A stretch of 64,000 bases of DNA from Cladosporium halotolerans (lineage: Eukaryota): assembly GCF_011745625.1 (NCBI RefSeq), contig NW_027191466.1, positions 372,001-436,000 of the forward strand, given 5' to 3'. Under the pieces are notes generated by a model, which saw only the letters and a list, made by a program, of their open reading frames with translations, did not search any database and was not told the origin of the DNA. Below are positions 1 to 11,814 of the stretch, piece by piece. Within the stretch, counting starts at the first letter, position 1. Each line of letters begins with the position of its first letter. Position numbers and translations under genes: made by a program.

Positions 1-1
1 T

Positions 2-1247
2 TTAACTGCATTTCAAGTGGCTGCAATCGCCCAGCAAAACCTTCAAGAGGGCACCAGAAGTGGGTTTCCAACCCGCAGCTATATCCTCGTCAACGGAACC
101 GGGATGAGCCCTACTAGCGGAAGAGGCAACTACAACCAAGTCACTATCACCAAAGGCAAGAAGTATAGACTACGCCTCCTCAACGCTGCCATCGACTCTT
201 ACATCCATGTCTCTTTGGACCAACATGCCATGGAAGTCATCGCAGCTGATTTTGTTCCAATCAAACCCTTCACAACGGAGTGGCTGTTGCTCGCAGTTGG
301 CCAGCGATACGACGTCGTCATTGACGCAAATCAATCCCCCGGGAACTATTGGTTCCGCGTGGTTCAAGGCGGAGGTATAAATGCCAAAGCCGATGGCGGC
401 CGGGCCATCTGGACATACGAAGGATCTAACTCCAGGACACCATCGACGTCGCCACGGAGAGAGTTCTCAGAAGGCTTGGAGCCGGACATGTCACCATACT
501 GGAAGCAGCCTGTGCCAAGCGCTTCTTTCCAGAACACGCTCGATACGAAAATCACCAATGCGGTTGTGACACCTGACGGCAAAAGTATGGTGGTGTGGGT
601 GCTCAACAAACCCATCTGGATCGACTACGCCCAACCAACGATGGGGTACATCATGGATGGCAATACAAGCTATCCAGAAACATACAATGTGATTGACGCC
701 AGATCCGGAGGAAATTGGAATTACTGGCTGATCTGGACCGACCCCGATAAGGTGTCGTTCGATCATCCAATCCACTTACATGGCCATGACTTTTTCGTCA
801 TCGGACAGGGTACCGGTGCTTATGATGAAGCAACCGCAAAACTCAACTGGGAGACTCCAGTCCGCCGCGATACTGCGAACTTACCCGCACGTGGTTGGCT
901 GGCGTTGGCCTTCATGTCAAACAATCCTGGAGCCTGGCTAATGGTAAGTCATAAAACCTGCCATATTTTGGAATGAGATGTTGCAAGCAGATTGCTGACC
1001 CGATATCTTCGTGAGCAGCACTGCCACATCGCATGGTAAGACCTCTTAACCACTGGAGCTCAACCATGAATCCACACTTACATTATGCAGGCACATCGGA
1101 CAAGGCTTCGGAATGCAATACGTGGAATCGCCCGATCAAATTGTCTTTCCTGACCGAACCGAGTTCGCAAAGACATGCGACAATTACAAAGCGTATGCAA
1201 ACGACAAGAGCAAGAATGTATATCCGAAACATGATTCAGGGTTATGA
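2..1247 (+). CDS. Multicopper oxidase / ascomycete laccase, 5'-truncated by the window edge; exons <2..943, 1019..1035, 1091..1247
   Basis: Frame is open from base 2. Contains the Cu motif HPIHLHGHDF, plus RRDT and NNPGAWLM. Splicing two GT-AG introns (944..1018, 1036..1090) restores HCHIAWHIGQGF, and the protein ends ...HDSGL-stop, typical of asco-laccases. Confidence 0.95.
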
Positions 1248-2137
1248 TTACACGCAGGCATCGGCCATGAGTTCTTTTCACACGCTGCAGTCCTTTCCAT
1301 GATATGTCGACCTCAGCTCGACGACGAGTTAATAATGCCATGTTGATCAAAGACTGATGCCAAGCCCATGTTTTGCAGCGACTCTCAGGGTAATAGTCAT
1401 TCATGATTTAATCTATTTAGAGCTCGTCCAATTGTCAATATACAGTCTGTCCCATGAGATTTAATGCCAAGCAGGCTTCAACCAAGTTCAGCGACAGAAA
1501 CCTTGCAGGGCTTCAGAAACCTGCGCTATGCTGGATACGATGGTTTGAGATAGGACATTTGAGTCCATTGATGTTCCGTCGTTCAGACAGCTTCATGTTG
1601 CCATCATCAATAGCGTAGAAGAAGCCCCCTTGATGGGTCCCGATGTGGGGTGTATCTTTGTAGCAGACAACCACAGTACTGAAGATACTTGGGTACTTCG
1701 CGGGTCGTCAGCAAATCAATGATCCCTATAGCGAGTGATGCTTCCAAATGGCGGTGACAAGAAAAGTGAGTATGTTTGTGAGTGGTGCCACGGCCTAGGC
1801 GAGTGGCAGACGCCATGCGCAGTCGTGCCGGTCATTTCTCGGCAAAAGCCGCAGTGATCGTCATTTGACGCGCTGCGCGATCGATGGAGAGAGCGAATGC
1901 AGATGACCTGTCGCCGAGGTAGGATTCGTCTCTAGTTGACCACGAGACTAACCCCTCAAGCATATGACTGCTTGTCCACCTTTCGAGTAGAGCATACATT
2001 CCACGAAGGCTTGCTGCGGCCATTCGAAAGCGCCGCATAATCACTGGCACATTCGCAGCGCATTCGTTAGCTCCTGAGATCAGACACGCTCCGGATACAC
2101 GATCATGAACCTCACAACCCGGTAGCAATCAACCCAA

Positions 2138-5100
2138 ATGCCTTCCCTTTCCCCGGGACCCGAGTCCTACTCTTCCTTTGCCCAAATCCTTCCTGGCGCG
2201 CCGATCGAATCATTGCAATCTCTCACAACCTTTACGTTCCGCTGGAAACGATACGTGGTGTACATCTCAGGAAACCAGCTGAACATCCTACGCTCCCCGA
2301 ACGAGCTCGTACAAGCGGTCACATTTGAGGAAAAGCTAGTTGCAGTCAAAGCAGAGGGCGAACAGAGCGCCAAAGTCGCAGTCGCTTCTGAGGGCGATGT
2401 CTGGGTATTGGAGCCCGAGACGGACAATTGGAACCGTGTCACATGGACGAAAGCACTGCTGTTAAGGCGTGAGGATGCTGGAGATAAGACGCGATCTTTG
2501 AGCTGGGGCGACGATGGAGAACTCTTGGTTGGAGGAACTAGGCTGGTGTCGCTTTTCTCGGTCTTGCCTTCAAGTCGAGAAGGAACGCCCGTCAGAGCAC
2601 ACATGAATGCACCTCCGGTGGAAGAGAGGCACGTACTATGGAGCAAAAGCTTGCCATCTGCGGTACAAATTGCATCCTTCAGCCCGAGCGCTAGCTTGAT
2701 TGCATCTTGTGGACCCAGAGATCGGTTGGTCAAGATTTGGAGGCGCCTTTCTTTCGAGGAAGGCTTATTCGACTACGCCTATCTGCCACACCCTGCAGCT
2801 GTGACACACATTGAGTGGCGCGAACCCGATCCACCAAAACTCGAGGAAGATGCAGAGGAGTCGGACGAAGCGCGGGCCAAGGCTTACGGCACGAGGAACG
2901 ATGAGGATCAGGAGCTGCTGTACACATTCTGTGCCGATGGCGTCTTGCGTGTCTGGAAAACTGGCGGACAAAACGACCTCGAAATCCTGAAGCTACATAC
3001 TCAGATCGATCTTGTGACTGCAATACCGCATTCCCCTTCTCTGAGCTCAAAAGGCGCGGATCCACCGAAGCCGCCTCGGTATGCTTTCATCCTGCGCTCC
3101 GGCGCCCTTTCCTGTGCCATTGGCGCGGCAATCTCGAAGCACCAGATTGGTACGGTTACGCACTCTCTCGAGCACCTCAAAGAGATCAGCACTCGCCAAC
3201 CCGACGCAGTTGTAACGTTTGATGGAAACGGACGGATGTCTGCTTGGGGCCTGCAGACCATTGGCCATAAACGGAGACCTAGTACACCGTCTGGAAACGC
3301 CAAACAAGCATATCACATTGCCCACGCCGAAGACTTGGATATGAAGCTCCCGCCAGGTACGAATGTCCGTTTTGAGACTTGGTTTGATGGCGACCAGCTC
3401 AACGTCCTGGTCCATCAATTCGATGGGTCTATCGACTGGTGGAAGGGCGACGTAGAACAATTCTTCAGTCCCGCTCGAGGCTCGGATCGGCTTGCGCACA
3501 TTGGACGTTGGATCGGCACCCAAGATGCCGTCGTCGGCCTTCGTCATTCTTCTGCCACTGGAGGGCTCCTTGCGTGGTCGCAATCAGGCGTTGTGACAGA
3601 ACTTCCCTCGAACAAGGAGGGCGAGCTTCAGGTTGGCAGAAGATCTAAACCGCCCCCTGGCTCACAAAAAGCTGTCGTCTTGGATGCCTCTGAACTTGAA
3701 GACCAATGTGGCACACTTTGCGTGAGCAATACCGCGATTTTTATTCTCCATGCCTCTGGTCGGATCACTTCATCCTTCAATCATCAATTGAAAAGCGACA
3801 AAGGTCTGCAGATCCTTGCTCTCACCTCCCAGGACATAGCGCCCTGCAGGACGTTCCTCCTCCTCGACTACTCTGGTAGCTACGTTGCTATCAACCTTAG
3901 CAAGTCGACAGGGACCTCTGATCTAGAGTTGACTCTTTCCAGACAAAGGCAACTACCCCTGTTGGCCGATTCACTAGATTCTGAAATCATCTGGAGAGAT
4001 GTACATATCACCTCGCATCCTCGGCGTAAAAGTTGGCTTCGTCTAGTTGGTATAGACCAGGAAGGGGTTTTATCACGCCGGGATGTTCCAGCCCAATCAC
4101 TACAAAACGAAGAGGTGAAAGCGACAGAGGCATCGCTTTCCTTCCCATCAGACTTCACCAGACCGTCTTTCATCGAGGCTACAGACAGCGTCGCTGCAAT
4201 CGCGTCGAACGATAGCCGCAGTATTAACATCATGGACTTGAAAGACGGCTACGTTGAGCATCGACAAAGGTTCATCGATGAGGTGCACTCAATGCGCTTG
4301 AGTATTTGCACTGACTTTCCAAGTCACAGAGGGGACGCGAACAGTACTTTAGCGGTCGCCCAGAGAGCGAGTGTTGAGATCCTCGCACAAGCACGCTACG
4401 AGCCCGCGCAATCGGCCGAACAGCATACTTGGCATCATCTCAAGAGCATATCGATATTTGGGATCGGGCCAACAATAAGTAGCCTGGCCTGGACATCTAG
4501 CGGAGAGCTGGCAATTGCGGCCGGTAACGCCATTTTTAGAAGTAACGCTGTTATCGCTGGCAACGAAGTCATGTGGGAATTGCGTGATCGAATAGACATG
4601 AGTGAGTCTGCTGAGGTGCAGTCGCACTCGCTCATGAGCGCGCTAAGACAGCCCCTGGTGTCGTGGCATCCACACTTCTTGCAACAACTCGGTTTGCGTG
4701 GACGGTTGCATACGGCAGCGGGCATCCTCAGGAGACTAGAGCGCACGCTTCGCTTTTACACCGAGGGTGATGAATTACATCCCATGCTGAACGCCTCACC
4801 GACCGATATCAGTGCCGACAAAGATCATCCAGACAACGCCTTCTTAGACTATGACTCGGTCAACAGCCTCACACAGCAGCTTGAAGACATCGATCTGCCC
4901 AAAACTTCGGACGCGGAACAGGAGCGTCTGAAATTGGTTTTTCAGACTATAGTCTACGTGCAAGACCACATGGGGTCACTGGACGAGAACGCTCTCCGCT
5001 ATTTGTTCAGCTGGAAGCTCCACGTTCTTGAGCTGGACAACCACAGGACCGATGACAAAGTGACAAGCAATGGTGAAGCTGAACCGCCTCGAAGCGTCCC

Positions 5101-6433
5101 TGCGATGAGCTGGCGGGAAATTGTTTTCGCGTACCACTCAGAGACTCAGCAGCCTCTCCTCGAAGCCTTACACGCTTACTATGGTAGTAAGCTGGATTGG
5201 CCCGCTGTCCGTAAACTCGGCATTCCGGCTTGGCTTCATGCAGTCAGAGCCGCGCAATCCGAAGGTTCAGATCTTGCTTCCCTTGAGCAGATCTTCGATA
5301 GTCTAGCGCAGACCTCTTTCAGATCAGTCTATCCTCCGGATCCAACGAGAGCGTCGCTCTATTTCCTAGCCTTGAAGAAGAAGGCTACGCTGCTGGCGCT
5401 ATGGCGGGTTGCCGTTGGAAACAAAGAGCAGAAGAGCACGTCCAACTTTCTCAAGCGAGACTTCTCAGCGGAGGAGAACCGCACCGCAGCTCGCAAAAAT
5501 GCCTACGCGCTCATGGGCAAGCGAAGATTCGAATATGCTGCAGCTTTCTTCCTGCTCGCGGATGATCCAGCTAGTGCTATTCGCATTCTTGCAGGGCAGT
5601 GTCAAGATCTGCCTCTGGCGATTGCAGTGGCGAGAGTGTATTGCGATGACGGTAGTCCGGAGCTTCTAAAGTTCATGGAGGATCGAGTGCTACCGGAGGC
5701 GCGCAAAGCGGGTGACAGGTGGCTTTTATCTTGGGTTCATGAGATCATGGGTCATACCTCGCTCGCCGCTCAAGCTCTGGTTGTTCCCATCGATCAGCTT
5801 GAGGTCGACGAAGCGGAACGTATGCCTAGGTCATGGCAGCAAGATGATCCCCTGACTCTGCGTTTATACCAGCATCTTCGCGACAAGCCCGCTAAGCCTG
5901 GACAGAAGGGTGCGAGATCTTTGGGCGGAGAGCAGTACGAGTATCGCGCAGTTCTACGCTCGGCCAGAATCTTACGTAAGATGGGACTCTGGCTCCTAGC
6001 TTTAGAGCTTGTGAGTACCTGGCACTTCAAGCCTGTCGAGACGGCTCCGCCCGTGGGGGAGACCAACGGCGCCACCGTTTCAAATGGCGTCCACGACAAG
6101 CCACCGACCGCACAAGGACCCGCATCAAGCATGCTCGACGATATTGAAACCCCCTCTGCACCGGCTCAGTCGCCGAAGTCAATGCTTGACGACTTCGGCT
6201 TCTCCAACACAGCACCGCCGAAATCCATGCTCGACGGATTCGAGTCGCTCTCGCTGGAGCCGAAAGTGGACACCGCGAAAGACGGCCGAGAAGCCAAGGC
6301 AGCGGAGCTTCTGGCAAAGATGAAAGCGAAGAAGGAACAAGCCAGTAAGCCGCCGGAGGAAGAGAAGCAGAAGCAGCCGACGCAGTTCAAGGAGCCGGAG
6401 GCGAGCAGTATTTTGGATAGTTTTGGATTCTGA
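2138..6433 (+). CDS. RAV1: RAVE complex subunit Rav1 (WD40 repeats + Rav1p_C domain), V-ATPase assembly regulator
   Basis: 1431-aa ORF with N-terminal WD-like repeats (DRLVKIW, ADGVLRVW) and the Rav1p_C/DmX motif KNAYALMGKRRFEYAAAFFLLAD. Confidence 0.92.
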   Translation: MPSLSPGPESYSSFAQILPGAPIESLQSLTTFTFRWKRYVVYISGNQLNILRSPNELVQAVTFEEKLVAVKAEGEQSAKVAVASEGDVWVLEPETDNWNRVTWTKALLLRREDAGDKTRSLSWGDDGELLVGGTRLVSLFSVLPSSREGTPVRAHMNAPPVEERHVLWSKSLPSAVQIASFSPSASLIASCGPRDRLVKIWRRLSFEEGLFDYAYLPHPAAVTHIEWREPDPPKLEEDAEESDEARAKAYGTRNDEDQELLYTFCADGVLRVWKTGGQNDLEILKLHTQIDLVTAIPHSPSLSSKGADPPKPPRYAFILRSGALSCAIGAAISKHQIGTVTHSLEHLKEISTRQPDAVVTFDGNGRMSAWGLQTIGHKRRPSTPSGNAKQAYHIAHAEDLDMKLPPGTNVRFETWFDGDQLNVLVHQFDGSIDWWKGDVEQFFSPARGSDRLAHIGRWIGTQDAVVGLRHSSATGGLLAWSQSGVVTELPSNKEGELQVGRRSKPPPGSQKAVVLDASELEDQCGTLCVSNTAIFILHASGRITSSFNHQLKSDKGLQILALTSQDIAPCRTFLLLDYSGSYVAINLSKSTGTSDLELTLSRQRQLPLLADSLDSEIIWRDVHITSHPRRKSWLRLVGIDQEGVLSRRDVPAQSLQNEEVKATEASLSFPSDFTRPSFIEATDSVAAIASNDSRSINIMDLKDGYVEHRQRFIDEVHSMRLSICTDFPSHRGDANSTLAVAQRASVEILAQARYEPAQSAEQHTWHHLKSISIFGIGPTISSLAWTSSGELAIAAGNAIFRSNAVIAGNEVMWELRDRIDMSESAEVQSHSLMSALRQPLVSWHPHFLQQLGLRGRLHTAAGILRRLERTLRFYTEGDELHPMLNASPTDISADKDHPDNAFLDYDSVNSLTQQLEDIDLPKTSDAEQERLKLVFQTIVYVQDHMGSLDENALRYLFSWKLHVLELDNHRTDDKVTSNGEAEPPRSVPAMSWREIVFAYHSETQQPLLEALHAYYGSKLDWPAVRKLGIPAWLHAVRAAQSEGSDLASLEQIFDSLAQTSFRSVYPPDPTRASLYFLALKKKATLLALWRVAVGNKEQKSTSNFLKRDFSAEENRTAARKNAYALMGKRRFEYAAAFFLLADDPASAIRILAGQCQDLPLAIAVARVYCDDGSPELLKFMEDRVLPEARKAGDRWLLSWVHEIMGHTSLAAQALVVPIDQLEVDEAERMPRSWQQDDPLTLRLYQHLRDKPAKPGQKGARSLGGEQYEYRAVLRSARILRKMGLWLLALELVSTWHFKPVETAPPVGETNGATVSNGVHDKPPTAQGPASSMLDDIETPSAPAQSPKSMLDDFGFSNTAPPKSMLDGFESLSLEPKVDTAKDGREAKAAELLAKMKAKKEQASKPPEEEKQKQPTQFKEPEASSILDSFGF

Positions 6434-8903
6434 TTAGTTGCGCCAAAGCGATAATTTTGTTTTGCTTTGTTTTAGTAGTTGGCAGTCGAGATATTCAAGC
6501 CATGTACAGGTGCACATTCTTTGCTGTTGTGCCTACTATGGATGTGGAGATTTTCCCTTTCTCCAAAAACGCCCACGTGATATGTACTCGGTCACAGAGA
6601 ACCAAATCACGCACTGAGAGGTCAGCATAGTGTACCCCCAGTGGCAACGTAATAACAAACGATGGGGCTGTGAATGATCGGCCTTTGCGAGTGGCCAAGA
6701 GCGCAAGGTGCTGCCTTCCGTTGAGTCATTGTCGACATGCGTGGCAAATTTCCTTGTCTTCACTGAGCGGCCATTGCAAATGTCTTGTATCAGGTGCCCT
6801 TGGAACAACCGATGGAAGATTATGGAGCAGCCACATCTTGACTCTCACAGGCTTGCATTAGCATCATGCGTTGAAGAAGAGTTTAATTGGATGAAGCTGG
6901 TTACGGTCTCTGGAGCGTCGTGCCGTTCGATAGCTGCATGATGCCCAAATTTGACCGCAGGTGAGGAGTCACCGTTGGGCGCAGATATTGCCAAAGGACA
7001 GTACAGCTGAGAAAAGCTCTCGACTCTGCATTTTCAAGCATTTGCATCATCATCTATGAATCATTCCAGAATGAGCCACCCAAACAGATTGGGACGCGTG
7101 TAACCCGAATAGACGCCTCAAAAAACACCTTGTGTGACACAACAACGAGAACAACGCAAGCGAGCACCCGATGAGACCGGTCATCCATCCATGAAGCACA
7201 TGAGGCCCTTGGTATGCCTCGATCACAACGGCATGGAAACCACCTCGTTCGTCCACTCAACAACGTTGAAGCCTCTTGTTTCGTGCCGCGTGACTCAACG
7301 CCGTGTAAGTGGCACAACGTCGATCCGGCTTCTGAGCCCATCTCATTCGCCTCGTTTCCCGTACGTTGCCGTCAGACGTGTGGCGAATAGAGTGGCAAGT
7401 TGCTCTCAAGCTCACCGCCCCGACGGGACCCTTGGACGGGGCTCGTCGGTGGTCCGCCCTCCCCGGCTTGGCCCGCCTTCAAAGGGTGTCCTCGCGGTAA
7501 ACCTTGAGCGCGTCGTCCCACTTGAGCCGCAACTCTCTTTCAACGACACGTCCAACTCCGTTTCGAAAGCTGCTGTCCTTACGGTGTCGCCATGCGGTGC
7601 CTGAGATCACAACAAGAACAACCCTGTCCATGATGGATTGTGACGCGTGCATCAACACGCAGGATGGTTATGTCCGCTTCGCGCTCCTCTGGGCACGGGA
7701 ACTCACAAGTCTCCCTGTCCTGTTCGCTCTGAGGTCCAGCTCTTGTATGACGATCTTCTGGACTCTCTTACAAGCAGACATAGCAATACGACCAGCGATT
7801 CTGCGCCAGGGACCTTTGCCAGCCTTGACCTGCACTACGAGTGCCAGACCTCTCGATTCTCTCGCCAAACTCCTTCCGCAGTCGAGGTCGTTGGTCCTTG
7901 ACAAATTTTCCAACTTATTTGTTGCGTAACGGCAAGATTGTTGTCGTCTTCCCACTCTGAATTCGCTTCAATATCAGAAGTACACAACCAACAGGCAATC
8001 AGCATGCGCTCTCGCCAGGCAAGGCGGCTGGAGTTTGCGGTATGCATCCTGACGTGAATCGAAGCTCGACTTCCACCTCTTTCCCGAACTTCTGTCGCTA
8101 CTAATGTTGCCAGTCCTAGCTTAAGACCCGGAGCTGATCAAATCTCGGATATGGCTCGTCTCCTGAACTCCAGGTGCTTTCGAGGGACTTCGAACATTGA
8201 AGTTCGTGGGAACAGAACCAGTGTGTCGTGATGCTTGCGACAATTGAGCTACCGTCTCGGGCACGCTTTGACTACTCAAACAACAGCCGTCCCCGCTCCT
8301 AGCAACTGGCCGGTATTCTGACACAGCATTCCGGTCGAGCGCCGCTTCCTAGGTGTAGAGGGCTGGTGAGGATACTCACTTCACGACCTTGGCTCAACGC
8401 TGAGATGTCTTCCTGGCTGCGTGATCAACGAGAAGTGGGGCGAGCGGCTTACATCTGCAAGCTATCCGGGAGAAAGGCTCTGATCCGCAGTCCACGGACA
8501 CAGGTTATTGAAGCGATTTGTACATCACTTGGATGCAACGCTCTCGCTGAAGACATTGTGATTTTCTTCCACGACAAACCGAATCCAATCAACATTTTCG
8601 GGTACATGGAGTCTGTAAACGATTTGTTACACGCTGCTCCAAGTCACCTGTTCCCGATTGGGCTTCGCTGGCGGCGGCCTCGCGCCTTGGCTAAAGCTGC
8701 TAACCCCGAGTAAGACCATCTTTCGAGACTCCTCAGATTTCGTACTCGATTGGAGAAGCGAGTACAAGGTCGATTTACATCGCCCGGTCATTCGTTTGCT
8801 GTTGCTCACCGCACATGCAATCTACTACGATTAGATTCACTACACCCCCGATATACCAGCGTGGTCGAGCAGTGCCGCACCAGCTCAGTCACTCTATCGA
8901 ACT

Positions 8904-10151
8904 ATGGACAACAGGCCGGATGACTATATCAGTCGTGTTTTCACCAACGCTCACTTAACCAGCAACGTAGGACTGTGGGCACTGCAGGAACCCGCAGGCC
9001 ACGATGATGTACGATGCCTCCCTGCCGCCGGAAACTAGACCCTTGACTGACTTCCAAAGTTATACTACCATGCTGAAAGTGACTTCAACCGTGACCTTGA
9101 ACATCTCCAGCCATTGCCGCCTCCTTCGCCGGTCCCTTTAGCTTATCATGCTCTTGCGTCGCCACAAGCCGAGCCACGTCATAACAACCGTGATCGTCCC
9201 TATCGTGCTCCTGAGCATACTGTTACTCAGTTCTTCAATTTCGGTAACCCACAACTTCGAGACTATCGGATGCTCGGTGGAGCCGCAGAAGCAGTGATCG
9301 ATTCCTACTTCCCCGTCACCGGCTCGGTGCAGGGCTATGCTCAAACGGCCCCTGCAGGACGCGGTTCAGTGATCTCGGCGTCGGCTCATAGCGCTCAGAC
9401 CGCTCACTTACCTCTTCCGAGATGCCCAACCTGTGGCAAGCCGCAGAAAGATAGCGATGCACTGAGGTAAGCACCATCCTAGGGTCGAGACTGGAATATC
9501 CACTGACTGTCTCACAGACACCATCTAGAGTCGCATGACCCGGTGATCAAGGGTCGGCATAAATGTGACATTTGCGGTCGTGGCTTTAGGTACCCGCGAG
9601 AGGTGAGGCGTCACCGTCCAACGCATTTTAGAACTTCAGAGGATGAGAAGTTTCATTGTCAGGAGCCAGGTTGCAAGAGCGTTATCGAGCGCTCCGACAA
9701 CTTCCAAAGGCATCTTCGGGAACACGCCAAAGCTGCGCTTGCAGAGCCGAACCTTGTGCAGGTACCCACCCTAGGCGTGAGTGAGCACATACCTCGAGCC
9801 CGCACTCATGCACATGTCATGGCATCTGCTGGCCCACGTCCACGAGGCATCCCGTCGACAGGCTCTGTTTTCGTGTCCGAGACTCGCTCTCCTTTTTCGA
9901 TGAGGGTTGGCAACATGGCTTTCGGTGATGATTCCTCCGCCACATCGTTCTCGCTTGAGGGTATGTCTCCTGATGGGTGTGTCGACCCTAGCTTTCCCTC
10001 GTTGGGCGCCGGCTCTCAAAGGCATCCCGCAAGCGCCGTCGCGGTCGTCAAGGATAACCGAGCGAACGGCAGTGGAAACGGCTTCGCGTTGGCCATCGAT
10101 TGTCCCCCTGGAGATGTCAACACGGCTCAATCTCTCTGGACCTGGTCCTGA
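8904..10151 (+). CDS. C2H2 zinc-finger protein with three fingers; 5' end uncertain
   Basis: Intron 9467..9517 (GTAAGC..CTGAC..CAG) joins CPTC-x12-HLESH. Two further fingers follow (CDIC-x12-HRPTH and CQEPGC..HLREH). A probable upstream intron 9009..9059 links in frame to the ATG at 8904. Confidence 0.75.
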
Positions 10152-11814
10152 CAACGAGAACGAACCTCCGTGCAACTTTGGCGGGCCATGGTTCTGAATC
10201 TTCCATGTCTCTCCTTCGGTTGAGCGGCGCTGAGTGTTTGTTTCAAGTGAAGGCAGCCATCTCGAGTGCAGCTAGTTGGCGTTACGAATCATGAAGAAGA
10301 CTGGTCTTGAGTTACGACGATTTTGAATAATTTCTGGGTAAAACTGAAAGACTGCTAAGCGTGCAAGTGAAGAACGGAGCGTTACATTGCGTTTTGGCCA
10401 TCCCAGCCTCGCAGAGGCCTCCCACCCACCAATATCGGTTCCTCCCACACCATGCGCATACTAACCTACACTAGAGCAGCCTGGTGTGCCGTGTGACGGC
10501 GTGCCACCATCACGCTCGGAGTCCGTACATTGAAGCAACCCTGGCGTGATCTTTTCGTGTACCCGTGACCAGGCCTGCCTTCTAAGCCACTCTGTCAGTC
10601 TTGACCCATGTTTCCGGAGTCTTCGTTTTACTCTTGAAAGTCCCATCTTGCTTTCTCATCAGCCCCAAGACGTTCCCTCTGCCTCCGCAGACACTCGCTT
10701 AGCCAGCTGATCGGCCAACAACGTTCCGTCTCCAGCCGATCTATTTTGCCGCCAGCGCTCATGGACCGTAGACTAGGAACGCCACCGACTTGCCACGAGG
10801 ATTATCACCGAACCCTTGGCTTATACGAAAAGCATGGTCAGCGGACCCTGCACGAGAGCTCACCTGCAGTCGGCTATGGCGACCAGCGCCCATGGTACCT
10901 CGACATAACGGAGCTGAAGGCTGCAGCCTGCAGCCGAATGTACCTGAAAGTAACGATGATCGGGCGTGCCGTGCAGGAGATGCTCTTGAACACGATCTGG
11001 AGCCGACTAAAGCAATTCAACGAGGCTGTCGAATTTGTAAAGTGTGCTTGCAACTCATTCCAAGCGTGATCATAACAATGAACTTCACGATCAAAACCAC
11101 GTGAAGTTCAGCGACATCTTGCTGAAGACCCCAAGATCGCTTACCCGATGACCGTCACTAAGATTATGCATACGATTCGCAATCCGTCTTTCCTCCAATC
11201 ACTGGGCGAAAGCCCCGGAAAACCGGCTCGACCATGCCAATCTTTGCTGATCCAGCCCCGATCCTAAACAGAAGGGAATCCCAGCCGCCCCATCAGCCTC
11301 GCCGAGGGCGGCCTCTCGACGTCCCATTGCAAATATCTAAGGGACGATAGATCTCCTCACAGGCAACTATGACAGGGCTGAGGTACTTAAGGACTGCATG
11401 CACTTGAGCATTCTCTCTGCCTTCTGGCGTACCGAGCGCAGTCGTCGTGGGCGTGAATCCGACTGGCGGCCTCCGTTGCCAATGCGCGCCGATTTGGCGC
11501 CGAGACGACCAGTGAGCAGGACCGACGGACTCGGTGACCTGCTGTACATCTATCTAGCGGTGTGACTATATAGACGTCTCCTCGTCACCACCTAGCCACG
11601 CTATGTCCTTACTAGCATGATGTTGCAAAGGGAACTTCATACACTATGATCAAACCAGTTTCACCTGTCAAATGGCAGAGCGATTGGGGTGAGAAACCTC
11701 CACGTAAATTTGGACTTGCGTTTCATCTTAGCCCTGAGAGTCAGCGACCAGCTGCAATTTCTACTCTTCAAGGCCATCTCCGATGGGTGAAGGAGCTTCC
11801 AATTCCACAGCCTT

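Noticed and set aside
10746..11069. 107-aa ORF with protein-like composition
   Set aside because: No recognisable motif or supporting splice structure; could be a remnant but cannot be supported.
11122..11240. Hammerhead-like CTGAAGA...GAAA...CTC arrangement
   Set aside because: The 10.1-11.1 pair is C-C, stem I does not pair, and the stem II loop would be about 70 nt.
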